64,000 nt of DNA from the human T2T-CHM13v2.0 reference genome, Homo sapiens, in assembly GCF_009914755.1 (NCBI RefSeq), contig NC_060930.1. The stretch is one strand, 5' to 3'. Shown piece after piece: positions 14,801 to 28,233 of this stretch (the stretch's first letter is position 1; the number at the start of each line of letters is the position of its first letter). The notes under the pieces were generated by a model. The model was given only the letters and a program-made list of their open reading frames with translations. It was not told the origin of the DNA and made no database searches. The position numbers and the translations under genes are program-made.

Positions 14801-15640
14801 ACATTGCTGATAGGAATGTAAATTAGCACAGCCATTATGGAAAATAGTAGAGAGATTTCTCAAAAATTTAAAAACAGAACTACCATATGATCCAGCAATG
14901 CCACTACTGGGTATATACATCCAAAGTAACTGAAATCAGTGTGTCAAAGAGATATCTTCACTCCAAAGTTTAGTGTGGTACTATTTCCAATAACCAAGAT
15001 ATGGAATCAAACAGTGTCTAATAATGGATGAATGGATAAAGAAAATGTGGTGCATATATATAATATATAAATTTACATAAACATATATATATTGCTTATA
15101 TAAATTGTATATATTATATAACCATTACCTATAACATATAATAAAATACTACTAATATATACATAAAAATACCATTCTTTCATAAAAAATAATGAAATCC
15201 TGTCATCTGTAACATGAGTGAACTTGGAGGACATTACGTTGAATGAAATAAACCTGATAGAGAAAGACAAATACCACATGTTCTCAACTCATATATAGAA
15301 TCGAAAAAAAGTTGATCTCATAAATAGTGAATATAACAGTGGTTACAGAGACTTGAGAGGGTAAGGGGAAAGGGCAACAGGGAGAAGATAGTAAACGGGT
15401 ATAGAGTTAGAAAGGAAGAACAAGTTCTGGTGTCCTATTGTGCAGTAGATGTCTACATTCAACAACAAGGTATTGTCTATATCAAAACAGCTAGAAGAGA
15501 GGATTTTGTTCTCACCACTAAGAAACTATAAATGGTTGTATATGCTAATTACCCTGATTTGATCATTATACGATGTATACGTGTATCAAAACAACACATT
15601 GTACCCTGAAAATATATAAAATTTGTCAATTTTTAAAAAT
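11846..15640 (+). mobile_element. internally deleted L1MA-type element (5'UTR remnant, inter-ORF piece, decayed ORF2 RT/C-terminal region, 3'UTR)
   Basis: ORF2 fragments QKSVVFLY...KEIKKTIPF (13590), IGRINIAK...IYRVNAIP...WYW (13802); TATAGGCCAGTATTACTAATGAACATAGATGCAAAAAT; L1MA-type 3'UTR 15290-15630. Confidence 0.88.
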
Positions 15641-16745
15641 TGAACAAATGATTCAAATAGGCATCTCAAAAATAAAGATATACAGATGGCAAATAAGCAC
15701 ATGAAAATATGCTTAACATCATATATCATTAGTGAATTGCAAATGAAAATGAGAAATCGCTACACTTCTATTAGAATGGCTAAAATAAAAAAATTTAAAA
15801 AAACACTGAAAATACCAAATGCTGGAGAGCATGTACAGCAACAGAAACTCTCATTGATTGTTGTTGAGAAGTCATTTTGGAAGAGGTTGATGTTTCACAT
15901 AAAGTTAAATGTAGTCTTAACCTATGATCTAGCAATCATGCTCCTAGGCATTTACCCAAATAAGTTGAAAATTAATGTTCACACAAATTTTGCACACAAA
16001 TGTTTATTGCACACTTTTTTTCATTAAAAATGCCAAATTGCCAAACTTGGATGCAAACAAAATACTTTCCATAGATAAATTGCCAAATTGCCAAACTTGG
16101 ATGCAAACAAAATATTTTTCCATAGATAAATGGATAAACAAACTTCGGCACGTCCATTTAATGAAGTGTTTATTATTCAGAAATAAAAATAAATGAGCTA
16201 TACAGCTACAAAAGGACATGAAGTAAACTTAAATGCATATTTCTAAGTGAAAGAAGCCAACTTACAAAGATTATATGCTGTATGACTACAGGTATATGAC
16301 ATTCTGGAAAAGACAAAGCTATGGAGACAGTAGAAATAATAATATAATAGCCAGTGTTCTTGCAGGAGGCAAGAAGAGGATGAATTGGTAGAACATAGGA
16401 TTTTTAGGAAAATGAAACCTCTTTAGGATACTGTAATGGTGGGAACATGACATGTGTTTGTGAAAGCCCATTGAATAGTCAATACATACAGTGTGTACTA
16501 ATGTAAACGATGGACTTTTGTTAGTTATAATGTGTCAATATTGGATTAATTATATTGCCAATATAATTAATCAATATAATCAATAACAACTGTAACATAT
16601 GTACCTCACTAATGGAGGATATTAACAATAGCAGAAACTGTGTGGTCTGGGAGGAAAAGTGAGTATTTGGGAATTATATTTTTTGCTGAATTTTTCTGTA
16701 AACCTAAAACTTAGCTAAAAAATAAAGTCTATTAATTTTTGTAAA
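15641..16745 (+). mobile_element. L1MC-like 3' end
   Basis: ATACAGATGGCAAATAAGCACATGAAAA (ORF2 end); 3'UTR ending CTGTAAACCTAAAACTTAGCTAAAAAATAAAGTCTATT; 50-bp tandem duplication 16031-16131. Confidence 0.8.
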
Positions 16746-19279
16746 AGTTATTTCTTAAAAAGGGTTGAATCCTGCATTGCAGAATAAACTAGTACATTGA
16801 TGTTCCCCAGCTACAAGCCACATAAGAACTCTCTGGTCCAGATAAACCCTGACATAAAACAGGATTGAATTATGGATAAGCTATGAAGACATTACTTTCT
16901 AGATAGAAGACAAAACCCCTGTGTTTTTGGTTAAGATAAGTGACATCACATCCTCCATGACTGCTGCAGACATGGGAGAGCAGAACTATTCTGACTACAG
17001 CTCATCCTCAAAACCAACTTCAAATACAACTGAGCAACATAGATTATAAATATTCACTGAAAATCTGAATGAGAATAAAAGGTGGCTCAAATTGGCTCAA
17101 AAGGTAAAGAATTTTTCTTACAAAATTGTACTAGACACAACTATAATTTTAATTTTTTCACAAATCCTAAAACACAATTGGATTTTCTAATGCTTACAGA
17201 GTATAAAATAATCTATAATCTGATAGATTGAATGCTAATCATTTCAAAGTTCAATCTCTGACAGGAATGTTTTAACATGCAACCTACTGGGTGCTGCTTC
17301 TAGTTTACGATTATTTTTATTCTTGAGAAGATTTGAAACTGGAATTGCCATGAATTTGTGTTTATATCTCTAATGAAGTTAGATTTTAGCTTGTGGAAAA
17401 AATAATTTCTAGGGTCTGATGACTTCACATGGCTTTAGCCTATTTCTGTAGCACTGATATGCTAGTTTGATAGTAGTTCCATTGCAAGTCTGTGGCTCCA
17501 GATTTCATGTTTTCCCTGGCATCAGTTGGACTTATTAAACAGCACTCTGCTTTTGTGCATTCCAGCATTTCTCTGCAACTTACATGGCAAAGCTGCTCAC
17601 TCACACCACATCTTTGCTGCTCACATCCTATTCCCTGACAACCTGTGAATAACGAGTGAGTCTTCACTGGGTGATTGCTTTGTGAAGAGAAATGAATAGT
17701 TTACCTGATAATCATGGTCATCTATCAGACTATGCATTTTCCCCTAATAAGTGATTTTGCTATGCTTTGCTAAACTTATGCTGAATTTTTCATGAGCTGG
17801 ATGAGTGCATTCTGGCATCTGTTTATAATGTCAACTAACATTTTTTTATGAAATGAAACCTTGGGACATGAGAACAGGAAAACTGGGTGTTTAAAAAGAT
17901 ATATTACCTTTCAGAATGGGGGCTCTCTGTGCCTGAATTATAAAAAGGTCTCCAGGGGTTTCACAGTAACTCACTGTTTTCAAATCTTTTGCTCAAATGA
18001 TCACATGCTGCTCAGTATATTGTGCATCATTTGCACACTTTTTGGAAGATCAATTTGTACTTAGTGCTTTGAAAGATGGGAGTCACAGGAGTTGAGTACC
18101 TATATTCAAGTATTCTCAATGAGTGACACCTGAAAAATTGAGCACTATAATCTCCTATTTAAAAACTGAGCTTGAAACCTTAGGAAGCAAGCTAACTTGC
18201 TAGTCTCTGAGAATATCAAAGTCATAAAAGATTATTTTATTCACTGAGTGATTACTACTGAGAAATGGAACATTAAATGGAAAAATAATCTAGAGCAGGG
18301 AATTTTAAATAATTATCTTATAAAATAATACCAGCTACTTACACAGTTCTAAGAAAATTTTAATAGCGTAAACATATCATTTAAATAATAACATATATTA
18401 TTAAAATATCATTTAAATAATCTAAATAAATAATCATTTAAATAATAACTTGCAGTTTCAAAGGTACTGCTGTGATGATCAAGTTTAATATATTTTTTAA
18501 TTATCTGAAATTCAAAGTTTTATTTTTTTTTTAAATTAACCTAGAATAACTTTTAACTTCCGGAAGCTTAGTAGAAGCAAAATGGAGGTAAATTAATTTC
18601 GTTTGAATATCAACTAAAGTTATTTTTTAGTTTTGTTTTCAATGTATAATAATCATTTTGGCTTCTGCCATTTAAAAATTCTGGAATATAGTGCAACTGA
18701 AGTATCGTAATTGAGTTTTAGACTAAAATGTGAAGACATGAAAAGAAGAGATAATGTCTCGTGTAAATATGTGTCACCAGTACCTAGCACAATGTTTGGC
18801 ATATAGTAGGCACTCAACTAACATTTGTGTGAACATTTGGCAACTGCAAATTAATAGAAATATACAATTTTCCACTATCAGTGAAAAGGGAAAATTGATA
18901 GGAATTAGGTTATGACAAGGCTTAGTTCAAAAAAAGATTAGAGTAAAAGATGAGCCAAATTTAGTATAATACAAATAATAACAATGCTTGTCACAATGTG
19001 AAAATAAAATCTTGCTTTTTGCAAAAATTTTGAGGTTTAGCTTAGAAAATGATAATTATGAAATTTGTATAGTGTTTTATAATTTATTAAATAATTCCAT
19101 ATTTTCATATTTGCTCTTCTTTCCTGGGATTTGAATATTAATATTTTTGTTTTATTTATTCTATTTAATTGAAAGATAGCATGGAATACAGGAACGTGCA
19201 TAAAGCACTCTCATCTTAAGTAAAGAATGATATTTTTTACATATATATGTATATGCCTGAGTAAAAATCAAGATATAAA

Positions 19280-19579
<300 letters not shown>

Positions 19580-19589
19580 TCACAGAATA

Positions 19590-20580
19590 AAGATGTCTTT
19601 GTGCCAGACTACTTTCCCTCAGTATTACATAACATCTATGAGTTCAATCCATTTTGTTACATATACCAGAGTTGGTCATTTTTTACTGTTGCACACCACT
19701 TAAGAAACAAACATTTGTTTCTTTATTCACCTGTTGATAGACATCTGGTTGTTTTCAGTTTTGTGCTATTATGAATAAAACTGCTATGAACATTTTGAAC
19801 ATATATTTTGTTGACGTGCATTTATTTGCTTTTTTGTATGTAACTAGGAGTGAAATTGCTTGGCCATATATTACATATGTATTTAGTAAAAGATGTTATA
19901 CAATTTTCCAAAGTGGTTATACAATTTTAAATTCCTACTAGCAACATATGTTTAATTTGCTCCATTTACTTGTCAACGCTTTATATTGTCAGTCTTTTTT
20001 ATTTTAACCATCTAGTAGATATGTCACAGCATTTCATTTTAGATTATCCCCATTTTAAAAATAGGAAAACTAAATTCAGATCAATTACATGTCTTTCCCA
20101 TAATTGCATATGTAGCAGAAGCTACAACCTCTATTTTGGTTTCTGATTCTATATTCATTTATTTGCTTTTCTTATTACTCACTCCTGTTTTTCTTTATTT
20201 CACTCCTTTCCTTCTGTCTTCACTTGTCTTTGTAATTTTCATTACAAAATATTTCAAACATACAGAAAAGTACAGAGAAGAGTATAAGAAATATCCATAT
20301 ATCCATAACTTAGATTCAACATGTTATATTTAATTTGTGTAGTTTTTTGGTTAAACATTTAAAATTAAAAGTAAATCATACAGATCATGACATTTCACAC
20401 TAAATTTATTATGATATTTTATTATGTGAAATGAAGGAATTATCATAATTAAACAATAAACCATAAATTCTACTATTATCTAACACCCACTCTCTAATCA
20501 AATTTTTTCAATCATTATAAGAATGTCTTTTATAGCTATTTTGTACACAATAAGAATTAAAGACCATGAATTCATTTTAC
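19590..20580 (-). mobile_element. old antisense L1ME fragments with MIR piece (~20040-20140)
   Basis: TATTATGAATAAAACTGCTATGAACATT...CTAGGAGTGAAATTGCTTGGCCATAT = antisense L1 3' region. Confidence 0.65.
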
Positions 20581-21337
20581 TACTACTATGTGATACTTTT
20601 AAGAATTGAAATTTTATTGTTATCATCAATGTTGCTATTTAGTAAAGTATTATATTAAGCATATATAAGGTTCTTCTCTTCTTAAACACTTTTTAAAGTT
20701 TAAGTATTAAAGAACATAGCACAGCTAAATATTTTGTTAAGTATTTACTTGACATTTAAACTCTCCAATGTGCTATACACTGGATAGAGTGCAAGACAGT
20801 AGATACTGCACCAAAATACTAAATATTTTTTAAAAACAAAAGAAACAAAAAATCCAGAGATGCTTAGACAAAAGAATATGAAAATTTCAAGTGATATTGG
20901 GCAAAAGAATTCGTAAATTAAAAAAACTAATTTTGGTCTTACTTCTCTAAAAGCATTACTATTAACTATCAGTCTTTTTTTCTCACATATAATTTCCATT
21001 CTCAGTAAGAATGAGTTAACCTTTTATTGCTACTATTATTACTAGTGAGAGGAACACCAGATGAAAGGAGTCTATATTCATTTTGAATATAAAATCAAAT
21101 AAACCATGAACATCTTTCTCAGTGCAAAATTGCATTAGATTTTTCTTGTTGCTCCAATTAAAATTAGAGTTTGGTAAAATGTTTATGACATATCTAGAGC
21201 AAATATGCGCAATAAAAATTTACCATATTCTTTTGTATCTATTTCCTATAAAAGCTTGGGCCACTGAGTATGCTGGGAAGAATGGCCCAGATGTTCATAA
21301 AATATCAAAGGGCTGACCAGCTAGTTTGAGACTGCGA

Positions 21338-21631
21338 TTTTTTTTTTTTTTCTCAGACAGGGCCTTGTTCTGTCATCCAGGCTAGAATGCCATGGCGGAT
21401 CTCATCTCGGCTCTTAAGCCATCCTGCCACCTCATCCTCCCTCCTCAGCCTCCAGAATAGCTAGGACTACAGATGCCCACCAACACACTCGGCTAAACCT
21501 TTTTTTGTTTTGGTAGAGATGGGGTTCCACTATATTGCCCAGGCTGGTCTCCAACACATAAGCTCAAGTGATCTGCCATCACTGGCCTCCCAAAGTGCTG
21601 GGATTACAGGCCTGTGCCTGCGCCACTGGCC
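21338..21631 (-). mobile_element. Alu (AluJ-like), degenerate
   Basis: poly(T) then AGACAGGGCCTTGTTCTGTC...CCTCCCAAAGTGCTGGGATTACAGGC. Confidence 0.9.
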
Positions 21632-22167
21632 TGTCCAAGGCTGTGCTATTTTTTATTGACTACCACATATCACTGCTCAATTACTCTGGAGTTATTCAGA
21701 TTTGCACAATCCTTACCTTGAAAAGAAAAAAAAATCAAGGATTCCTACTTGCTGGAAAGTTTTCTTCTGAATATAAGACAAAAATGAAGATGGTTTCTTC
21801 TTAAGAAGGAATTACTCGTGGCCCTTTTGACGTTTTAACAACACATCTGACAGCTATCTCTGTAAAGTATTGCCAATCAGTTTTCTCAACCATTTCTCTT
21901 TTCTAGAGGACATACCAGGAGCACAACAGGGACCACCCTTTCTAAATAGAGGAAGTGAGCACTCTGTTGAGGGTTATTAGGCAAACAGGCGTTGACTCTC
22001 ACAAGCTGATTCAGTCCTTGATATGAACACAAGAAAGGCCAGGAGACTATTCCAACAGCTGGAAACGAGTGCAGAAAGCAATTGTTTTACTTGTAAGGGT
22101 AATTGGTTCTCCCCTGATGTTCAACATGTTGGTGAGAATATTTTTCAGGGGGTGCAGGGGATGTGTG

Positions 22168-22945
22168 TCAGGATATGAACTTTATTGAGCTTATCGACCA
22201 GAGTAAAAGTAAAGTCTTAAAGTCAGTAAAAACTAAATATTTATTGCTAAGACTTTCGCATAGCAATTAAACTCTTAACAGATTTTTTAAACAATCAATT
22301 CAATTAAAACCCACTACTTCAGAATCAATAGCTTGTTTGAAGCCACAGTAATACCTAACTATGTTTAAGACTCAAATGCATAAATTTGTTGGCTGGAAAG
22401 CTCCCAAATTGCCAAAACGTAATTCAAAAAAATAAAAGGGTAAAAAAATACAGTCCACTGACGTCAACATTGGACGGCTGTTAGAATAGTTAGTCTTGAA
22501 TTGAATATTTATTTAGGTAACAAGGAATCCAGTCAACTGCTGACCGTCCTTTCTTCAGAATCAGTTTTGAGGATGTGAGGAATTACATGCCACTGGCAGT
22601 AATTCACTCAGATGAGAGTCCAATTCTTCCTCTCCATGAACAGCAAGATGCCAGTGAGAATGGGTAACACTGACAAATGGTTTTTAGAAGCCTTTTCCTC
22701 ACTCCCAGCTTCTCAGTGATGAGGGGTTCCAGTAGGCTTACGCCATTCCCAATAGCACCCACACTTCTGTGACTGGATGTACCGGATTTCCGGTGTCGGT
22801 CAGCATGGCCTTGCATGGACTGCACGTTGGCTCTGGCAGGGAAGCCACTCTCTGTCTTGGCTTTCACACTAGCAAGGCAGAGAAAGTGCGCGTCAAACAC
22901 CGCCAGAGACCCCATTGCTTCTCATGCCGCTCCACCATTCACATG
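22168..22945 (-). pseudogene. H2AZ1: processed pseudogene of histone variant H2A.Z (parent H2AZ1/H2AFZ): 5'UTR remnant, decayed CDS (~22530-22868) and full 3'UTR
   Basis: Minus-strand translation KAKTESGFPARANVQ...DRHRKSGTSSHRSVGA...LLEPLITE and, after a frameshift, HWHLAVHGEEELDS...VIPHIL...KKG match H2A.Z KAKTKAVSRSQRAGLQ...HRHLKSRTTSHGRVGA...ILEYLTAE...HLQLAIRGDEELDS...VIPHIH...KKG. 3'UTR blocks CTGGATTCCTTGTTA, CAGTGGACTGTAT, TACTGTGGCTTCAAA, GCTATTGATTCTGAAGTAGTGGGTTTT match H2AZ1 mRNA as recalled. No introns; AATAAA at 22186-22181. Confidence 0.88.
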
Positions 22946-23017
22946 CCTGCCTCCAGCCTTCCTACTCATTTCCCACTAGAACTGAGTTTTGTTGGGAGAA
23001 ACAGGAAGAGAACTCAA

Positions 23018-23190
23018 GGGACTGTTGTGGGGTGGGGGGAGGGGGAAAGGATAGCTTTAGGAGATATACCTAATGCTAAATGACGAGTTAATGGGTGCAG
23101 CACACCAACATGGCACATGTATACATATGTAACAAACCTGCACGTTGTGCACATGTACCCTAAAACTTAAAGTATAATAAAAAAAAAAAA
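23018..23190 (+). mobile_element. very short L1PA 3' tip
   Basis: GGGACTGTTGTGGGGTGGGGGGAGGGGG...CCTAATGCTAAATGACGAGTTAATGGG...CCCTAAAACTTAAAGTATAAT plus poly(A). Confidence 0.93.
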
Positions 23191-24561
23191 GGAGTAGCCA
23201 AACCACAGGTTTGAGGCATTTATACAGATATATATTTTCCTTTTCCCAAAGTGCTAATATTTTTACCTATGAATTTGCTATTATGCTGCCCTTAAATTAT
23301 GGAATTTCTGCTAAACATAAGGAGAATAAAATTCTTTAGTGCATGGTGTTTGCTTATTGAGAATGACTTTTGGAATTGAGAAGCTCTATTTACAGTGATG
23401 TGACAGTTCAGCAACAGAAATACGTAGGAAAGCAAGTTGGCACAGAATCTGTTAAAAAAGGTTACTGTGTTAAAAGTGAAACTTTGGAGATGTTGAAGTT
23501 GAAGTTTAATAAAATATTATGGGACTTTTGTTTAAAATCTCTCAATTCAGTTCAAGGCAATAAGGAGAATAAGAAATATAAACAAAATACTATCTTTAAA
23601 CTAGAGAGTATAACAATCCAGGACTAGGAACACCCACTTGGACAAATATTTAAGTGAGAAATAAAATTCTCTTAGGTTTGAGATATTATTTCAGTTTAGC
23701 ACATGTATGTCTAATATTGTCATAAAGCTAATAGAGCCTGTATTTCAACAGTAAGACTGATTCTAAAGCTGATATGCTCTCTCCCATTCTTTCCTTTTGT
23801 AGCAACCTTTCTAATAATTTTTTAAAACACGTGCTAAAGTTTCTTATAAAAGTAAACATTTACTGAATCTATGACTTAGTGAATCGACTCCTAGGTATTT
23901 TCCCAAAAGAAATAAATATACATTCACAAAGGTTTGTATAAGAATGTTCATAGCAGCTTTGTTCATAATAGCCCAAGACAAGAACCAACACAGGTGTCCA
24001 TCAATAGAATGGATAAATGAACTGTGGTATATACATGCAATGGAATACTACTCAGCAATAAAAACTAACAAACTCATACACTCCAAAACGCAAGTCTCAA
24101 AAACATTATATTAGTATACTATATGCTGAAAGAAGCCTTACACAAATCATTAAATATTGTATGACTAAATATCTATTAATTTAGATGAAATTCTAGAACA
24201 GGCAAAACTATTCTGTGGTGCATAAAATCAGATTAATAGTTTCTTATGGGGATCGGGGTACAGAGACTAATTGGGAAGAGGAAAAAGGAACTTATCTGGA
24301 TTGGTGATGATGTTCAATGTCTTCTTAGGGATTTAGGTTACACAGGTGTATGCATTTGTCAAAGGTCATGCAAAGGCACACTTACTGTTTGTGCATTTCT
24401 TTATTCGTTAATTTTACATAAAATGTAAGCAAATATAGAACTGTAGTTCATGATATGCATGCTAAAGCCTTTAGAGGGAAAAGTACTAATATATGAAATC
24501 TATTTTGAAAAACAAGATGGATTAAGGATACAGAGAGGGATGCGGATTTGGAGATATATAT

Positions 24562-25395
24562 TGTGTCTGGAATTGGTTCCTTTCGGTGGGTTCTTGGTCT
24601 CGCTGACTTCAAGAGTGAAGCCGCAGACCCTTGCGGTGAGTGTTAAAGTTTTTAAAGATGGTGTCTGGAGTTTGTTCCTTCAGATGTTCAGATGTGTCTG
24701 GAGTTTCTTCCTTCTGGTGGGTTCATGGTCTTGCTGACTTCAGGAATGAAGCTGCAGACCTTCGCAGTGAGTGTTACAGCTCTTAAAGGTGGCGCATCCA
24801 GAGTTGTTCATTCCTCCTGGTGGGTTTGTGTTCTCACTGACTTCAGGAGTGAAGCTGCATACCTGAGCGTTACAGCTCTTGAAGGTGGCGCATCCAGAGT
24901 TGCTCATTCCTCCCGGTAGGTTCGTGGTCTCACTGACTTCAGGAGTGAAGCTGCAGACCTTCACCGTGAATGCTACAGCTCATAAAGGTAGTGCGGACCC
25001 AAAGAGTGAGCAGCATCAAGATTTATTGCAAAGAGCGAAAAAACACACCTTCCACAGCATGAAAGGGGAACCAAGGCGTGTTGTTGCTGCTGGCTGGGGG
25101 GTGGCCAGCTTTTATTCCCTTATTTGGCCCTGCCCACGTCCTCCTGATTGGTCCATTTTACAGAGCACTGATTGGTCCATTTACCAGAGTGCTGATTGGT
25201 CCATTTACAGAGTGCTGACTGGTCCGTTTTTACAGAGTGATGACTGGTGCGTTTACAAACCTTTAGCTAGACACAGAGCGCTGATTGTTGCATTTTTACA
25301 GAGTGCTGGTTGGTGCATTGACAAACCTTTAGCTAGACAGAAAAGTTCTCGAAGTCCCCACTCGACCCAGGAAGTCCAGCTGGCTTCACCTCTCA
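24562..25395 (-). mobile_element. solo LTR12-family (HERV-9/ERV1) LTR
   Basis: Minus strand starts TGAGAGGTGAAGCCAGCTGGACTTCCTGGGTCGAGTGGGGAC and ends CCAATTCCAGACACA; 4-bp TSD ATAT (24558-24561, 25396-25399); ~70-bp U5 repeats GACTTCAGGAGTGAAGCTGCAGACC. Confidence 0.93.
25105..25200 (-). promoter_or_regulatory. LTR12 core promoter: three CCAAT boxes and TATA-like AATAAAA
   Basis: ATTGG (CCAAT on minus) at 25147, 25171, 25195; TTTTATT at 25110-25116; LTR12 U3 is an established NF-Y-dependent promoter. Confidence 0.6.
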
Positions 25396-26689
25396 ATATG
25401 ATAATGCAAATATAGTAAAATGTTAAAGGTAGCATGTTGGTGGTGGGTATTTGGGTATTTACTGTAAAATTCTTTCAACTTTGCTGCACACTTGACAATT
25501 TTCTCAATAAAATGCTGGAGAAAAAACTGTGTGCTTACCATTTCATATCAATTATCAAATCAGCAAATAGTTGATTATTCTCAGACTTTTTAAACTACCT
25601 ACTTTTATATTCATATATTCTAAAGGATCTTTTCTGCTTTCTTAAATCTAGCCAAACGATGATATGTTTCCACTTCTATAAGATATCGCAATTAGATTAT
25701 GTGAAAATGACCCAGTAGGAAAAGCTAAGAAGACTTTGTTTTTTGAGTTTCATCCATTTACGCAATTTCTTTGGCTGTTTTGTTAAATACTAAGCAGTTG
25801 TTATGAGTGTAATAATAATTAATTAAAAGACACCAGCTGACACCAGTTTATAATAACTCATCCATACAGGCAGCTTTACTTCACAAACAAGGATACATAG
25901 CAACATACTACTACGTAAAATTGCGTACTTCTCTAGACCTCAGATTCCTCCCTAGAGAGACTCAAAGCTTCCTGTGGCACAGTCTGATCAGGATGAGGAT
26001 CTCAACAAGCTCTTCAAGAAGCTTAAATCTCCTGTTTAAAGGTAGTATTTATATTCTTTTGACCTCTCTTAATTATTCTGAGAACTCTGGGTAAGTATTT
26101 GTCTGTTGACTTGCACATTTCTGAATGTTTCCAGAGTCTACATGAATGGATTGGCAATTTCCCAGGTACAGAATTTTCGAGCCAGGCATGATGTACTTTC
26201 CTGAATAGTCAGTGATATTTGAATACTTAGGATTGTTTGTAAACGTCTCATTCCAAAAAGGTCTTCAGATGACTTTTTTTTTTTACTTCTACAGAAGTAA
26301 AAAACAGCAATAATTATATATAATTATATTTTTTAAAGTCCAACACATTCGATCTTCAAGGTAACAGGCTGTCTTGATTGTGAACTTGCTTTTGTTTCTC
26401 CTTTAGATCTATTTCTAACTTAATAAACCTAGTAATCAGTTTATCAGTTTTATGTGTTTTAAGGTATAGTTATTTATTTATTGCATTAGGAAAAAAAAAA
26501 AAGCAGGCTTTATTTCCTGTCAGTACAACAACGACAAAATTAGCAGAGGATGTGATTCCTTTCTTAAAGTCATCCAAAGAGAAACCAGAGGAAAACAAAA
26601 TATCCAGAAATAACAAATAGGAACAAAAAAAATAAGTCCATGAAAAATCCTTAGAGAAAATTATTTTTCTTTCCTCACGGTTCGTATAT

Positions 26690-26920
26690 AATTATGCTTG
26701 TAAGCAATTTACAAATGTATTTTTCCTTTTCTTATACTTTTTCTTTTAACATAATGGTGAATCAGAACTGTGTTGAAATCTTCCATATAATGGCAGATTT
26801 ATTCATTTATTCCTGTGATTTAATTTTTGCTTTATATATTTATTTTGAGAGCGTTTTATTTTATATTTCCATATTTAGAACGGTTTTATATCTTCTTGAT
26901 GAATTAAATATTTCAGTATT
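26690..26920 (-). mobile_element. antisense old L1M ORF2 fragment (left part; continues at 34490)
   Basis: TGTTGAAATCTTCCATATAATGGCAGATTTATTCATTTATTCCTG...TTTGCTTTATATATTT resembles antisense L1 endonuclease region. Confidence 0.55.
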
Positions 26921-28072
<1,152 letters not shown>

Positions 28073-28074
28073 TC

Positions 28075-28092
28075 TGGTGCCTAACGTGGCCT
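28075..28092 (+). promoter_or_regulatory. primer-binding site, tRNA-Lys(CUU)-type
   Basis: TGGTGCCTAACGTGGCCT versus Lys1,2 PBS TGGCGCCCAACGTGGGGC, 2 nt after the LTR end. Confidence 0.85.
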
Positions 28093-28233
28093 TCTTTGTT
28101 CCTCGGCTCAGTGCACTCCGAGTGCGGGTTTGTGATGACTAGTCTTCAGTCTCAACAGTAAGGTCTCCGGGTACGCTTTTTCCGACCCTCCCCTCTTTTT
28201 GGTTTTGTCGACTGGTATTATTCCAGGGTTATT

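Larger units (their letters stand above)
23830..25525 (+). mobile_element. L1M (MB/ME-type) 3' end split by LTR12
   Basis: CTCCTAGGTATTTTCCCAAAAGAAAT...AGAATGTTCATAGCAGCTTTGTTCATAATAGCC...ATGGAATACTACTCAGCAATAAAAA; resumes 25396-25525 ending TCAATAAAATGCTGG. Confidence 0.75.

Noticed and set aside
15050-15165. AT-only low-complexity stretch (also 18370-18450 and 38723-38836)
   Set aside because: Degenerate (TA)n or minisatellite expansions with no further structure
21880-22105. Pyrimidine tract plus AG at ~21906 and GT donors near 22093-22099
   Set aside because: No supporting ORF or homology; cannot be distinguished from a pseudo-exon
24590-24990. Regularly spaced ~70-bp repeats (GACTTCAGGAGTGAAGCTGCAGACC) resembling a CRISPR array
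   Set aside because: The intervening sequences are also repeated, there are no cas genes, the context is eukaryotic, and these are the standard LTR12 U5 tandem repeats
24879-25415. 178-aa ORF
   Set aside because: Antisense reading of LTR12 repeats (DWSI repeats are the CCAAT boxes)
25938-26096. Possible plus-strand exon (acceptor CTTCTCTAG or CCTCCCTAG, donor TGG/GTAAGT; peptide RDSKLPVAQSDQDEDLNKLFKKLKSPV)
   Set aside because: No recognisable homology and no partner exons; such splice-like motifs occur by chance
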